From Candidatus Cloacimonadota bacterium (GTDB taxonomy: Bacteria > Cloacimonadota > Cloacimonadia > JGIOTU-2), in assembly GCA_030613025.1 (NCBI GenBank), contig JAUWMT010000003.1:14752-78751 (forward strand): a DNA stretch of 64,000 bases. Direction: 5' to 3'. The notes below the pieces were generated by a model. The model was not told where the DNA came from and did not search any database. It saw nothing but the letters and a program-made list of their open reading frames with translations. Below are positions 37,459-48,412 of the stretch, piece by piece. A program made the translations under genes and the position numbers. Each line of letters starts with the position of its first letter. Within the stretch, counting starts at the first letter, position 1.

Positions 37459-37913
37459 TGTTCAATAACCTCTTTGGGTGAATAAATGTTAATAGGTTTA
37501 TATCCATTTAGCAAATTTACTGCTTTATAGCCGCATATTTTATCATAATGTACAATATGTTTGAAATTCCAGCTTATAATTAAATCAACTTCTGCAATGG
37601 AAGCAGAAGCAACATGTTCAGCATCTGATTTACAAGAATTACTAACTACACCAGCTTTCAGGTATTCATCCCGGAGAAAACCAATTTCATCAGAATATTC
37701 TAAAAGTTCTAATGAACTTGGAGGTAAATCTGCTAAAACTTTCTGAACAAAATCAGGTGCATTGTTAAGTTCACGCAAGGTGGTTGGTGAAACTATGAGA
37801 ATGAATTTTCCTGCTTTAATATCATTAAAAAAAGCCTTGCTATCTTCGGAAAACTCATCATCAAAACAACCTCCAAAAACAGAAGTGTCTGCATAAATTC
37901 TAAGCTTTTTCAT
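37455..37913 (-). CDS. PIN-domain (VapC-like) ribonuclease toxin
   Basis: IYADTSVFGG.FD.EF, REL, DAEHVA.A, ISWNFKHIV. Confidence 0.85.
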   Translation of the reverse strand: MKKLRIYADTSVFGGCFDDEFSEDSKAFFNDIKAGKFILIVSPTTLRELNNAPDFVQKVLADLPPSSLELLEYSDEIGFLRDEYLKAGVVSNSCKSDAEHVASASIAEVDLIISWNFKHIVHYDKICGYKAVNLLNGYKPINIYSPKEVIEQ

Positions 37914-37936
37914 AATAAAATACCATTAAAAACAAT

Positions 37937-40900
37937 CTATCTCATCATTATCATTTTTTTTATGATCTCTTTCTTATCAGCAGTGAGTTTGTAGAAGTAG
38001 ATACCGTTACACAAGGTCATTCCATTCTCATCTTTGCAGTCCCACTTAAGATTACCAGTAGTTCCTTTTTCATTGCTTTCAGGGATAAAGGTCTTTACCA
38101 ACTGCCCCTTGACGTTATAGATTTTTAGATCAGCATTTTTTGTATTTGCAGGGATTGAAAAAGAGAATGTTGTTGATAGGGATGCAGGATTTGGATAATT
38201 TTGATTTAAGGCAAATTCTATTGTTTGCGGGTATGTTGTAGGAGGTTCTGAGGTAGGGATCGCTTTATCTAATAGATTTTTTGTAAGATTTTGAGAAACA
38301 TATTTAAACTCATCAAAAGATCTTGGCTTGAACTTGCATTCAATAGGATCGTCTTGACCAACTTGTTCATCCAGCTTGAGATAGCAATATCCTTCGTCAA
38401 TATACGCAAAGATAGAATCTGCAAAAGATGGTGGATTAGCAAGAATAGCTTCCAATCTCGTAATTGCAGCTTCATAATCCTTTTCTGCCATATAAGTTGA
38501 AGTTATAGTATTATATTTGGTTCTCTCGAGATGTGGATGGGAAACATCATCAATAGTTTCAATATAAGCTCGCAAATCCGTATAATCATGTCCGCTGAAC
38601 TTTTCCAGATACATTAGCAACTGCAGAGCATTTTCTGCGGTTCCTGTCTCAGGATAGTTATTTACAATATCTTTCATTGTTAATTTTGCAGGTTCAAACT
38701 CATTATTATTTATTAGTGAAATACCTTGATCATAAAGAACCTTTTCCGGTGGTTTTTCACCATCAAAGATATAAGCATCATAGAACGGATGGAATCTATC
38801 TTCAAAGTCTAGGTCATTTTCATTTGGGAAAATATTATCTCTTACATCAATCGGAATTTCATCATATCTTCCACACATTAAGAGATATTGATCAAGATAA
38901 TTATAGCCATCAGGATCATATTCAACATATATTGTATTAGGTCCATAAATTCCTACGAATGATGTTAAATTTGGGTAACATCTACGATCACCAATTATTT
39001 CTGCACCACCATTATTTTCAATTATATTTCCTGCCAATACTGCTGAGCCCATGCTTCCTTGAGCTACAACACCATGAGAAATATTTTCGCTAATATCATT
39101 ATTAAAAGATTGTATGTGTGTATCATAATAGGAAATGCCCCAGTATTCATTATATTTTATAGTATTACCACTAATATTACCACATTGACTTGAAGGATAA
39201 AAAATAGATATACCATTTCCATTATTATTTGTTATAGTACAATTATTAATTTGATTAATAGATTCATAACTAACAATAGGACAAGCATTAAGATTGTCAA
39301 AAGTGCTATTATCAATATTCAAACCAGAATTATTTTTTGCAATTATTTGCGAACCATTAGAAAAGGTAGAATTCTCAAATAATAATCCTGAAAAGTTTAC
39401 CTTTATAAAATTTAGGTTTGATACATCACAGTAGTTGAAATGTGAGGGCGAATTATCATTTAATTCTATACCATCCCAGAAATAATCACTACCTACTGAA
39501 CTAATTGTTATCCTGTTTGTCGAGTCCCCAAGAGCATTAAAGCTGCTATTGTTAACGATTATCCTATCACCAGGAATTGCATGTTCAGCTCCAATATTTG
39601 GAATATTTTGAGATGCTTCTACCCAGGTGTCATACCTCTCTCCTGTTGCTGGGTCCTCCCATATTGTATGATCCGTGCCATATAAACTGGAGCCAGGTTC
39701 TAATCGCAATTCAGAATTATCATTGATTTCTAATAAACTACGGTGGCCAAGTTGTAAAGTTGAATTGTTATAAACAAACATTTTTGAGTGGTTGTTAATT
39801 GTTAAATTGGCAGGTGTGACATCAGGAGTAATATATATATTTGAATTTTCATTGGCATAAAAATTTGAATGGTTGTCTATTATACAAGCAGATGAAGATT
39901 CAAGATCTAACCATGGTGAATTAAAAAAAATATTAGAATAGTTTTCAATAATAAGAGTAGCATCACATTGAATCCATAAAGAGGAATTAAAATAAATATT
40001 TGAGTTATCAGAAATTGTGAGAGTAACATCATGATATACTGAAAATGCATCAGACACTAAAAAATTTCCTGTTACAGTTTGGGTATTTCGAACCCATCCA
40101 CCAAGCCCCGAAAGTGTGAGAAGATCTTCCTGAAACCCTATCTCAGTGAAATCTTGTGGAAATTCATCATAACTACCTGAATACGGACAATAATATTCAT
40201 AAGGACTCCAGGTATCCAGATTATTAGTATAATCAAACGCTTCACCCATCTGAACATCGTGATCTCCATTAGTGTCAGGATCATAATCTCCTGGATGATC
40301 AATCATTGTATGATACATTGAAAATGGGAAATTTCCTGTAAATGTACCATGGTTCCACGGTTCAATTACTATAGTACTAGGACCATAGTGCATTATTAAT
40401 GGATAATAACCTCTTGCTGCTGCTGTCCAGTAAAAAGCAAACTCAGGATATCTATACCCAGTTATATGACCTTCAAAATAGGCGGATTCATTTTCTTCAC
40501 AAGAAGTATGAATAGCTCTGTTTTTACATAATGCATCGTTATCATTTGCAAGTTCATCAATAAAACCTCCTGAATAACATGGCAAAAGCACAAATATCAT
40601 TTGTGCACAATCGATGTATCTAACACAATCTCGCAATTCTGTATCTCTCAAATCACCATTTCCCGGTAAACTTATATAAGAATGTCCACCAGAAGGAAAT
40701 CCATGAGTTGCAACAAATATAAACAACTGGTCATCCGGACCAAGCTCTGGTACATTAGGGTCATTTGTCTCTTCTCCAGATAAATTACGTAATGTCCTTT
40801 TTATACGCCATTCTTGTGCACTATAGTCTATGTCATCAACGTCGTCCATATTAAAATCATTCGATACACCACTTGTACCATTCTCACCAAAATGTACAAA

Positions 40901-41479
40901 AATATTTTCATCTGTATAACCATATTTTTCTAATAGAGTACAATATATACCAGAAACAGGATTCCATAGACGACCATCATAGAGTCCATCATGCTGACCG
41001 ATTATTACTGCATATAAATGATCATCAGGATCACGAGTTGGTATTATCGGGTTTGGATCTTGAGGTATATCCAAAACCTCTGGTCTGGGTGCATAAGAAA
41101 TCAATTCAAAATCATCTTCAATATTTTTCGGATAGATATTTTTATCGATCACCTGATATGCACCGGTCGCTATATCGACAAAAACATAACGACAGGGATG
41201 ATGCCACATGGCTGATGGGATATCATTTATAAAAAAGACCCAGTTATTATCATAAGTAGGAACTAACATTTGACTTTCGTCATTATACATTTCCAATACA
41301 TCTTGAATACTTATACTTGTGTTTTTTACTTACACATCTACATTTCCAATATCATTGGGTAATATCTGATTCAAAACCAAATCTTCTGCATCATTTTTTG
41401 TTATCTCTGCATGCAAAGACACAGAAGACACGAATACTAAAAGCACTAATAGTGCTATTTTGAATTTTGTTATACTCAT
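37937..41479 (-). pseudogene. Secreted legumain/C13-like (caspase-fold) peptidase with beta-helix, TPR-like region and CTD; in-frame TAA at 41330-41332
   Basis: ATG 41479 with AAGGAG RBS and signal peptide MSITKFKIALL..LHA, in frame with ORF 37937-41296; FVATHG and LPCYSGGF His/Cys dyad; NYPNP CTD. Confidence 0.7.
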
Positions 41480-41511
41480 CTGATTCTCCTTATTCCGATT
41501 GTTTATCGGGT

Positions 41512-42972
41512 TTATTTGAGCATTATTACTTTTTCAACTTTTTTACTTACTCCATTCAATTTCAAATCCATTAAGTAGATACCGGAACTACAACACCGAT
41601 TATTTTCGTCTCTTCCATTCCATGTAACATTGTGTTCACCTCCTTTCATTTTTTGGTTAATTATTTGTTTAATTAACCCCCCTTTTATATCATAAATTTT
41701 TAATTCAACAAATCCATGTTCTTTAATTGAAAAATTGATCATTGTGTTTATTTTAAATGGATTAGGATAAAGAGATAAAGTAACTTCTGAAATTGGAGGA
41801 TATTGGGGATCTGCTCCTACTTGTGGCTCTTGCACAAAATTACCATTCCCGTCATTGAAAACGATATTTAAAAGTGATGGTGTGGACTGACCAAAGTATC
41901 TTATAGAAATCATGTCATCGTATTCATTTCCATCTAAATCTGAACAAAAAAAATCATAATGATAAGCATACAAACTATCATAAAATAATGTATAGTAGCT
42001 TGGTTCCGATAGATTGAAGTTCCCCTCATTATATAGTACATATTCACATCCAATAATATCAGGTAAGCTGTCTTTATTTACATCGGAGATTAAAAACTCA
42101 CTCAAACCAAACTCATAAACTATTTCATGCAGCAAGAAAATATCATCACCTAAATTTTCATATATTCTAAAAAAAGTCCAGCCAAGGAAAAAATTATATT
42201 CATAACCAATTACATCATTATCTCCATCATTATCCATATCTGCAATTGAAACTCTTAGATTATAATTTATACTGTCTAAAACCAATGGATTGGGATTAAT
42301 AGGATAAGAGTACATATATGTTTCTTCCCCTGAAACAACTATCTCATTACCTCCATTTTCATTCAAATCTCCACAAGCAAGTCCATTTGGAGGAAAGTAT
42401 AAATCAAAATATGACGGTAATGAAAACCCTCCATTACCTTCATTCAATAAATAACCCCAGAAAAAACCATTATTGGAAAGAACTAATAAATCTACATTAT
42501 TATCATTGTCTATGTCGCCATAGGTAATATAAGAAAAAGTTTCACTATTATTTAATGTAAAATCTGCAAATATATTAAAAAATCCATATTCATTATAAAA
42601 TATTCTAATATACCTATCTGCTGTCCCCGATGAATGGTCTGATCTAAAAGCAATTATATCGGGGTAATTATCATTATCTATATTTTGTGCAAAAATATTT
42701 TGTTGATAACCACAAAAAACAAATGATGTATCAAAAATGGAAAATGTCCCATTACCTTCATTTTTTAAAATAGAAATCGTTGGATTATTATATTCCCATC
42801 CAGTTTTATGTCCCACCACAATGTCATTATCTCCATCCAAATCTAAATCTCCTGCGTAAACGGACCATGCAGCACAAGGGATGGTATATTCTGCAGCAAA
42901 GGTTGTAGTAAAAATTAGTAAGAAGAAAAGGAGCAAAACTACGTATTTTATCTTATATATTTTTTCCTCCAT
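41512..42972 (-). CDS. Secreted FG-GAP/VCBS-repeat protein with CTD
   Basis: Repeated GD.D.DG..D motifs; YPNPF..IYDIKG..WNGRD..SGIY. Confidence 0.85.
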   Translation of the reverse strand: MEEKIYKIKYVVLLLFFLLIFTTTFAAEYTIPCAAWSVYAGDLDLDGDNDIVVGHKTGWEYNNPTISILKNEGNGTFSIFDTSFVFCGYQQNIFAQNIDNDNYPDIIAFRSDHSSGTADRYIRIFYNEYGFFNIFADFTLNNSETFSYITYGDIDNDNNVDLLVLSNNGFFWGYLLNEGNGGFSLPSYFDLYFPPNGLACGDLNENGGNEIVVSGEETYMYSYPINPNPLVLDSINYNLRVSIADMDNDGDNDVIGYEYNFFLGWTFFRIYENLGDDIFLLHEIVYEFGLSEFLISDVNKDSLPDIIGCEYVLYNEGNFNLSEPSYYTLFYDSLYAYHYDFFCSDLDGNEYDDMISIRYFGQSTPSLLNIVFNDGNGNFVQEPQVGADPQYPPISEVTLSLYPNPFKINTMINFSIKEHGFVELKIYDIKGGLIKQIINQKMKGGEHNVTWNGRDENNRCCSSGIYLMDLKLNGVSKKVEKVIMLK

Positions 42973-43025
42973 AATATGCGTAAAATCATTTCAGAAAAAC
43001 AATCTGTCAATTTTTTTTATTCAAT

Positions 43026-44420
43026 CTATCTCATCATTATCATTTTGTGTGTTACGGATGCATCGTCAGTAGAGACTTTATAGAAGTAAATGCCGTTGTT
43101 AATCTTCTTGCCCTGGATATCTTTACCGTTCCAGTGAATTTCTCCCTGACCAAAGGCATTGGTGTGAGTGTGGAATTCATTCACAAGCTGTCCTTTGAGG
43201 TTGAAGATCGACACAGTCGCTTCTTTATAGTTATGTGATTTCAGCATAAACGAAATAATCGTACCATTGATGAAGGGATTGGGAACGTTCTTTATAAATA
43301 TGTCACCCTGCATTTGCGGATCATCAATCGAAGTGACTGGTCCCATTGTTCCATACACACAGTCAATATTTTGCGTGGGATTGGAATCGTCAATATCAAA
43401 AGTATGATTTTCTCCAAATCCAGCTTCCAGGTCAAGTCCGTTTCGTCCAAGTTTAAACTCTACATACTTCCATGAGCCGGCAGGGAATAAAATATCACCG
43501 CTCCAGAGCACGTCAGGAGTTACTTCTGTAAGAGGATTGTTCACAATGCCGAAATCCCAATCCAGGGGTTCAACATTGCCGTACACACCAAGTGAATCAA
43601 ACACATAGCCAGCACCAGCGGAATCAGCTATATCTACATAGATCGTAACTGTAACATCAATATCAGTGAAATCATTAGGATCCAGATCGTTGAAATACAC
43701 AACCGGCAAGATCATTGTTGGTGAAGAATCATCGATGGTAAGCGTTCGGTTGCCGATCTGATCTTCCCAATTACCGCCATTTACGAATTTATATTCCTGG
43801 CTTGGATTTGTTCCGGCTGTAAATAATACATCACCTGCATAAATATCACTACCCTGGTTTGTGAGTACATCTACTCCTGGTGACCAGCCATTAAACGATC
43901 CTGCAACTGAAACCGGTTCAATTGGTCCGACAAAACTCATATCAACCTGGAAGGTAACTGTCACATCCTGACTGATCCCACCAACTATATAATACTCGCC
44001 GGGATTATCCGCATCAAAAGGACCTGCACCTGACTGGTCTGTTCCATAAGAATATGTTGCATCAGTGGAATCATACCCTTCGCAGTAGAAATGAATGGTT
44101 TCACCGGAATAAAAGTACGTATCGGGAATAATTCCCATATACTCATCATTATCTCCAACATCAGTATTATAAACCATTGCAACATCCAGCCATGAAGTCT
44201 CATAAGATTTCTTATAATACAATTTTGCAGAAAGACTATCACCACGACCTGGTTGATCTGTTACTCCGGATTTCCATATTTGATAATAGACGGTGATATC
44301 ATCACCATTTGTTTGATTGGTGCCTGAATTAGGCCAGATATTTCCGCTCCAACCGATTGCCGCATTCAGCATGCTTGCAAATAGTAAAACGAAAACAAAC
44401 AAAACTATAACTTTTTTCAT
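43026..44420 (-). CDS. Secreted non-catalytic protein: unknown N-domain plus two CBM20/48-like modules plus CTD
   Basis: IGWSGNIWP N-domain; VTFQVDMS..AGSFNGW..EYKFVNG; PNPF CTD; paralogue of 44867-47536. Confidence 0.75.
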   Translation of the reverse strand: MKKVIVLFVFVLLFASMLNAAIGWSGNIWPNSGTNQTNGDDITVYYQIWKSGVTDQPGRGDSLSAKLYYKKSYETSWLDVAMVYNTDVGDNDEYMGIIPDTYFYSGETIHFYCEGYDSTDATYSYGTDQSGAGPFDADNPGEYYIVGGISQDVTVTFQVDMSFVGPIEPVSVAGSFNGWSPGVDVLTNQGSDIYAGDVLFTAGTNPSQEYKFVNGGNWEDQIGNRTLTIDDSSPTMILPVVYFNDLDPNDFTDIDVTVTIYVDIADSAGAGYVFDSLGVYGNVEPLDWDFGIVNNPLTEVTPDVLWSGDILFPAGSWKYVEFKLGRNGLDLEAGFGENHTFDIDDSNPTQNIDCVYGTMGPVTSIDDPQMQGDIFIKNVPNPFINGTIISFMLKSHNYKEATVSIFNLKGQLVNEFHTHTNAFGQGEIHWNGKDIQGKKINNGIYFYKVSTDDASVTHKMIMMR

Positions 44421-44528
44421 GTGCTCCTCCGATTAAGTCTTTCAGATTATGTGTTAGACAATTTATTTTGTGTCAAGTTTTTGTGAAATTTACACGAACT
44501 TTATGATTAAAGTAAATAATTCTAAGTC

Positions 44529-44783
44529 CATATCCGTCTGAAAAGTTAAATTATAGAAAGCGAGAAACCGTTCCCAGTTAAATAATGAAAGATTTAACGG
44601 GACAGGTGAAACGGTTAATACATTTTTTTGTTTCATTAACCACCAACTTATCCGTCAAAGACGGAGTAAACAGTCCTTTGGTGGTTAATAGGAAGATAGC
44701 TAATTGTAACCGATTTATCGGTTTCCAAATATTTGATGCATTTTCTAACATATTTCTAATTACACACTTTTTAGAGTAAACTC
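44529..44783. mobile_element. Second, inverted copy of the MITE at 6487-6680, with two micro-hairpin insertions
   Basis: Reverse complement aligns over about 160 bp (GAGTTTACTCTAAAAA..TAATTAGAAATATGTTAG..CTATCTTCCTATTAACCACCAA..GTTGGTGGTTAATGAAACAAAAAAA). Confidence 0.75.
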
Positions 44784-44804
44784 AATTCTTTTGATTATTG
44801 TCAT

Positions 44805-44847
44805 AAAAAAAGAAAAAGACTCGAACACAGATCATGCATTCGAGTCT
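44805..44847 (-). terminator. Intrinsic terminator
   Basis: AGACTCGAA/TTCGAGTCT hairpin plus T-tract on the minus strand. Confidence 0.65.
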
Positions 44848-44866
44848 ATAATTTATACTGCTTATC

Positions 44867-47536
44867 TTATCGCAGAATTATTGTTTTGTGAATATCGGAA
44901 ACTTTATCATCAACTTTCAATTTAACGAAGTAAATACCAGCGCTCAAATCCGTGCCATCCCACCTGAAAGTGTGAATTCCGGAATCGCGATTTTCATTCA
45001 TTATAGTAGATACTCGCTCACCTTTTACATTGTAAATCACTATTTCAACATGTGAATTATCCTTAAGAGAAAAGGAGATCGTTGTTGAAGAATTGAATGG
45101 ATTTGGATAACTTGCATGGAGTGCAGTTTCATAACTTTGTTGCTCATCTCCCGTATCCATAAGCTCGATGACTGTGATGAATACAGTATCCGGGGCGGAC
45201 CATGAATCTCCATCATACACTAAGAGTTCAATCGGGAATACCTCGTCCTGCGTAACCCAGGGGGCAGTAAAACTCGGATCAACAATTGTCGGATCATCAA
45301 GTGTGATTTCAGCAGGTGTCGTCCACAAATATGTTAAAGGAAGACCTTCCGGGTCATAGGAGCCGGATCCGTCAAGCTGAACAAAAACACCTTCGTTAAC
45401 TGTCTGATCCGGACCTGCATCTGCAACCGGTGTATTATTTATAATATCAACTGTGATTGGATTTGTAGGACCGGATTCACCTTCCGGATACATTGCAGTA
45501 ACGAAATATTCATATTGACCATAAGCTAAATTCATATCATAATATGAAGTTGTGGGCACATAAACTAAAGCAATTATATCGTAATTACGATAAACTTTAT
45601 AATAGATCACTTCGCGAGCATCTGATGCAGGAGCATCCCAGTCGATCATCACATTACTGCCATTTACATCATAAGTCAGATTGGTGGGCGGATCAAGAGG
45701 TACGGCAGCAACAGTAATATAATCCAATTCTGTAATGCTGTCTGTTCCAAATATATTGATCACAGTGAGAGTAACAGAAAAGGTGCCTGCGGTATTGTAA
45801 GTGTGGACAGGATTTTGTACTACACTTGTCCCGCCATCACCGAAATCCCACTCCCAGCTTATAATATCCGGATAGGATTCATCATTAAATGTAACTTCCA
45901 AAGGTACAGAACCCGTTATAGGAAATCCTTTGAAATCAGCAGTTGGCGGTACGCTATTCAAGACGGTGATCACAACTTGATCCGGATCGGAGTATAACAC
46001 TCCATCAAAAACGATCAGTGAAAAAATAAAATCAGTATCTTCAACTACAATAGGTGACACGAAGTTCGGATCCACGGCTGTGGAATCAGAGAGTACTATT
46101 CCTTCAGGAGAAATCCAGTGGTAGATGAGAGGTAATCCGTCCGGATCATATGAACCGGAACCATCAAGATATACTATGTCCTCTTCGATCACAACTTGAT
46201 CAATTCCTGCATCTGCAACGGGCGGTGTGTTTGGTCCGATAAAAACCGTCTGTGTGTTGGAAGGAAGCGATTCGCCTTCCGGATAGAATGCTGTGGCATA
46301 ATAAATATGACTACCCAAAGGTACCGAAGTATCGGTAAAGCTTGTGGTGGGAGAATAAATCAGAGCAAAAACTGAATCATCGCGATAGAGCTTGTAATAA
46401 TCCACATCACGTTTTGCAGGAGCATCCCAATCAAGAAATACATCCGTATCATTTACTGTTGCAGAGAGATTTGTTGGTGATTTGGGATTGAAATCATCAT
46501 AAAACACAGCAGGTATTGTCGTGATAGTATCATCAATAGTAAAATTTCTATTTGGCAGTCCATATAATTCATAGTTCTCATTGAGGCAGTATTTATACTC
46601 GATCACATCACCGACACTACCGTAGAATGAATACTCTCCTGTATAAATCTCATCGCCATCTACATCGGTCAGTTCCCATTTTGACCAGTTATTCATCGAG
46701 CCGCTCACAGATGAAGTATCAACATCCGGTACGAACCAGTCATTGATTATCTGCACAGACATATCAACCTGAAAGGTAACATGTATTTCATCTGGTGGAA
46801 TATCATTGAAATATACGGGAGGTAACACCATTGTTGGCGAGGAATCATCGATCGTAAGAATTCGATTCCCGATCTGATCTTCCCAGTTTCCGCCATTTAC
46901 AAATTTGTATTCATGGCTTGGATTTGTTCCGGCAGCAAACAGTATGTCTCCTGCATATAGGTCATTACCCTGGTTTGTGAGCACATCTACTCCCGGTGAC
47001 CAGCCATTAAATGATCCTGCGGCAGAAACCGGTTCAATAGGTCCGACAACGCTCATGTCAACCTGAAAAGTCACAGTCACATCTTGATTTAATCCAGCTA
47101 TGATATAGTACTCGCCGGGATTGTTCACATCAAAAGGACCAGCATTGTTCTGATCTGTTCCATAAGAATAGGTGCCATCAGTGGAATCGTATCCTTCGCA
47201 ATAGAAGAAAATCGTGTCGCCTGAATTGAAGATGGAATTAGGTATTACTCCATAATATTCATCATTGTTGTAAACATCGACATTGAAGGTCATCAATTCT
47301 GATGTGTAGGAAGTTTGGGATTGAGTTTTGTAATAGATCGTAACAGAAATACTATCTCCCTGCCCGGGTAAGTTCGTCACACCATCTTTCCAAATTTGAT
47401 AGTACACAGTAATATCAAGGCCATTTGTATGATCGCTATAGGAGTTCGGCCAAATATTACCGCTCCATCCGATCACTGCGTGAAGAGAGCTTGCCAGTAC
47501 AAGCATCAAAACCGCAATTATTAGAGATTTTTTCAT
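44867..47536 (-). CDS. Secreted multimodular protein: unknown N-domain, two CBM20/48-like, two FN3, PKD/REJ-like repeats, CTD
   Basis: IGWSGNIWP; two VTFQVDMS modules; two PTNL..WDAPA..YPEGES; two PVADAG.DQ.V; WEWDFGDG PKD; YPNPFN CTD. Confidence 0.8.
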   Translation of the reverse strand: MKKSLIIAVLMLVLASSLHAVIGWSGNIWPNSYSDHTNGLDITVYYQIWKDGVTNLPGQGDSISVTIYYKTQSQTSYTSELMTFNVDVYNNDEYYGVIPNSIFNSGDTIFFYCEGYDSTDGTYSYGTDQNNAGPFDVNNPGEYYIIAGLNQDVTVTFQVDMSVVGPIEPVSAAGSFNGWSPGVDVLTNQGNDLYAGDILFAAGTNPSHEYKFVNGGNWEDQIGNRILTIDDSSPTMVLPPVYFNDIPPDEIHVTFQVDMSVQIINDWFVPDVDTSSVSGSMNNWSKWELTDVDGDEIYTGEYSFYGSVGDVIEYKYCLNENYELYGLPNRNFTIDDTITTIPAVFYDDFNPKSPTNLSATVNDTDVFLDWDAPAKRDVDYYKLYRDDSVFALIYSPTTSFTDTSVPLGSHIYYATAFYPEGESLPSNTQTVFIGPNTPPVADAGIDQVVIEEDIVYLDGSGSYDPDGLPLIYHWISPEGIVLSDSTAVDPNFVSPIVVEDTDFIFSLIVFDGVLYSDPDQVVITVLNSVPPTADFKGFPITGSVPLEVTFNDESYPDIISWEWDFGDGGTSVVQNPVHTYNTAGTFSVTLTVINIFGTDSITELDYITVAAVPLDPPTNLTYDVNGSNVMIDWDAPASDAREVIYYKVYRNYDIIALVYVPTTSYYDMNLAYGQYEYFVTAMYPEGESGPTNPITVDIINNTPVADAGPDQTVNEGVFVQLDGSGSYDPEGLPLTYLWTTPAEITLDDPTIVDPSFTAPWVTQDEVFPIELLVYDGDSWSAPDTVFITVIELMDTGDEQQSYETALHASYPNPFNSSTTISFSLKDNSHVEIVIYNVKGERVSTIMNENRDSGIHTFRWDGTDLSAGIYFVKLKVDDKVSDIHKTIILR

Positions 47537-47566
47537 GTTTAACTCCTTATATTTAATTTCATTTTT

Positions 47567-48403
47567 TTATCCTTTTACACTTCCCAGCGTTAAACCCGAA
47601 ACGAGCCATTTACTGAGGACTAAAAATACAATTATAACAGGGACGCTGATAATCAAAGCGCCTGCTGCATACATACCCCATTGTGTGGTCATATTGCCTT
47701 GCAGACTTTTCAAACCAAGTGGAATAGTGAACATATCTTCATACCACAAAACTTGTGCTGCAACCACATATTCGTTCCACGCAGCCATGAAAGAGAAAAG
47801 CGCTGTGATAACAAGAGCGGGAGATGCGAGGGGAAGAATGATTTTCCAGAAAGCATAGAATTTTCCAGCGCCGTCAACTTTTGCAGATTCTTCCAAGCTC
47901 GGAGGTATCGTATCGTAATATCCTTTCATGAGCCAGATGCAGAAAGGAAGAGCCGATGCACTGTACATGACGATCAATCCGAGAAAACTGTTAACCAGTC
48001 CAAGCTTGGAGATCATAATATATAAAGGAAGCAAAAGCATCGTTGCCGGAAACATCTGCGTTACGAGAAGTGCAAGCAAGCCCGACCTACGTCCGGGAAA
48101 TTTATATCGCGAAAAGGCATAACCTGCTGTTGATGACAGTGCAACACCGATGATCGTAACTGCTAATGTAACTAGCAAACTATTTTTTATCCATGTGAGG
48201 AATGGCTTTTCTGTAAAGAGCTGAACGTAATTAGCCCATGTTGCGTCTTCCGGAATAATTCGCAGTGAAGTGTTGAGAAGATTGTCGCCGGGACGTAATG
48301 ATATCGTGAGAACACGGAGGATCGGGAAAATAGAGATCGCGACAAATAAAAGCAGGATCGAATAGATAATTACATATTGATACCAATGTCTTGTTTTATT
48401 CAT
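47567..48403 (-). CDS. malG: Maltose/maltodextrin ABC permease (MalG-like)
   Basis: AGYAFSRYKFPG, QMFP, EESAKVDGA EAA loop, SGLTLGSVKG. Confidence 0.85.
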   Translation of the reverse strand: MNKTRHWYQYVIIYSILLLFVAISIFPILRVLTISLRPGDNLLNTSLRIIPEDATWANYVQLFTEKPFLTWIKNSLLVTLAVTIIGVALSSTAGYAFSRYKFPGRRSGLLALLVTQMFPATMLLLPLYIMISKLGLVNSFLGLIVMYSASALPFCIWLMKGYYDTIPPSLEESAKVDGAGKFYAFWKIILPLASPALVITALFSFMAAWNEYVVAAQVLWYEDMFTIPLGLKSLQGNMTTQWGMYAAGALIISVPVIIVFLVLSKWLVSGLTLGSVKG

Positions 48404-48412
48404 AGCTTCACC

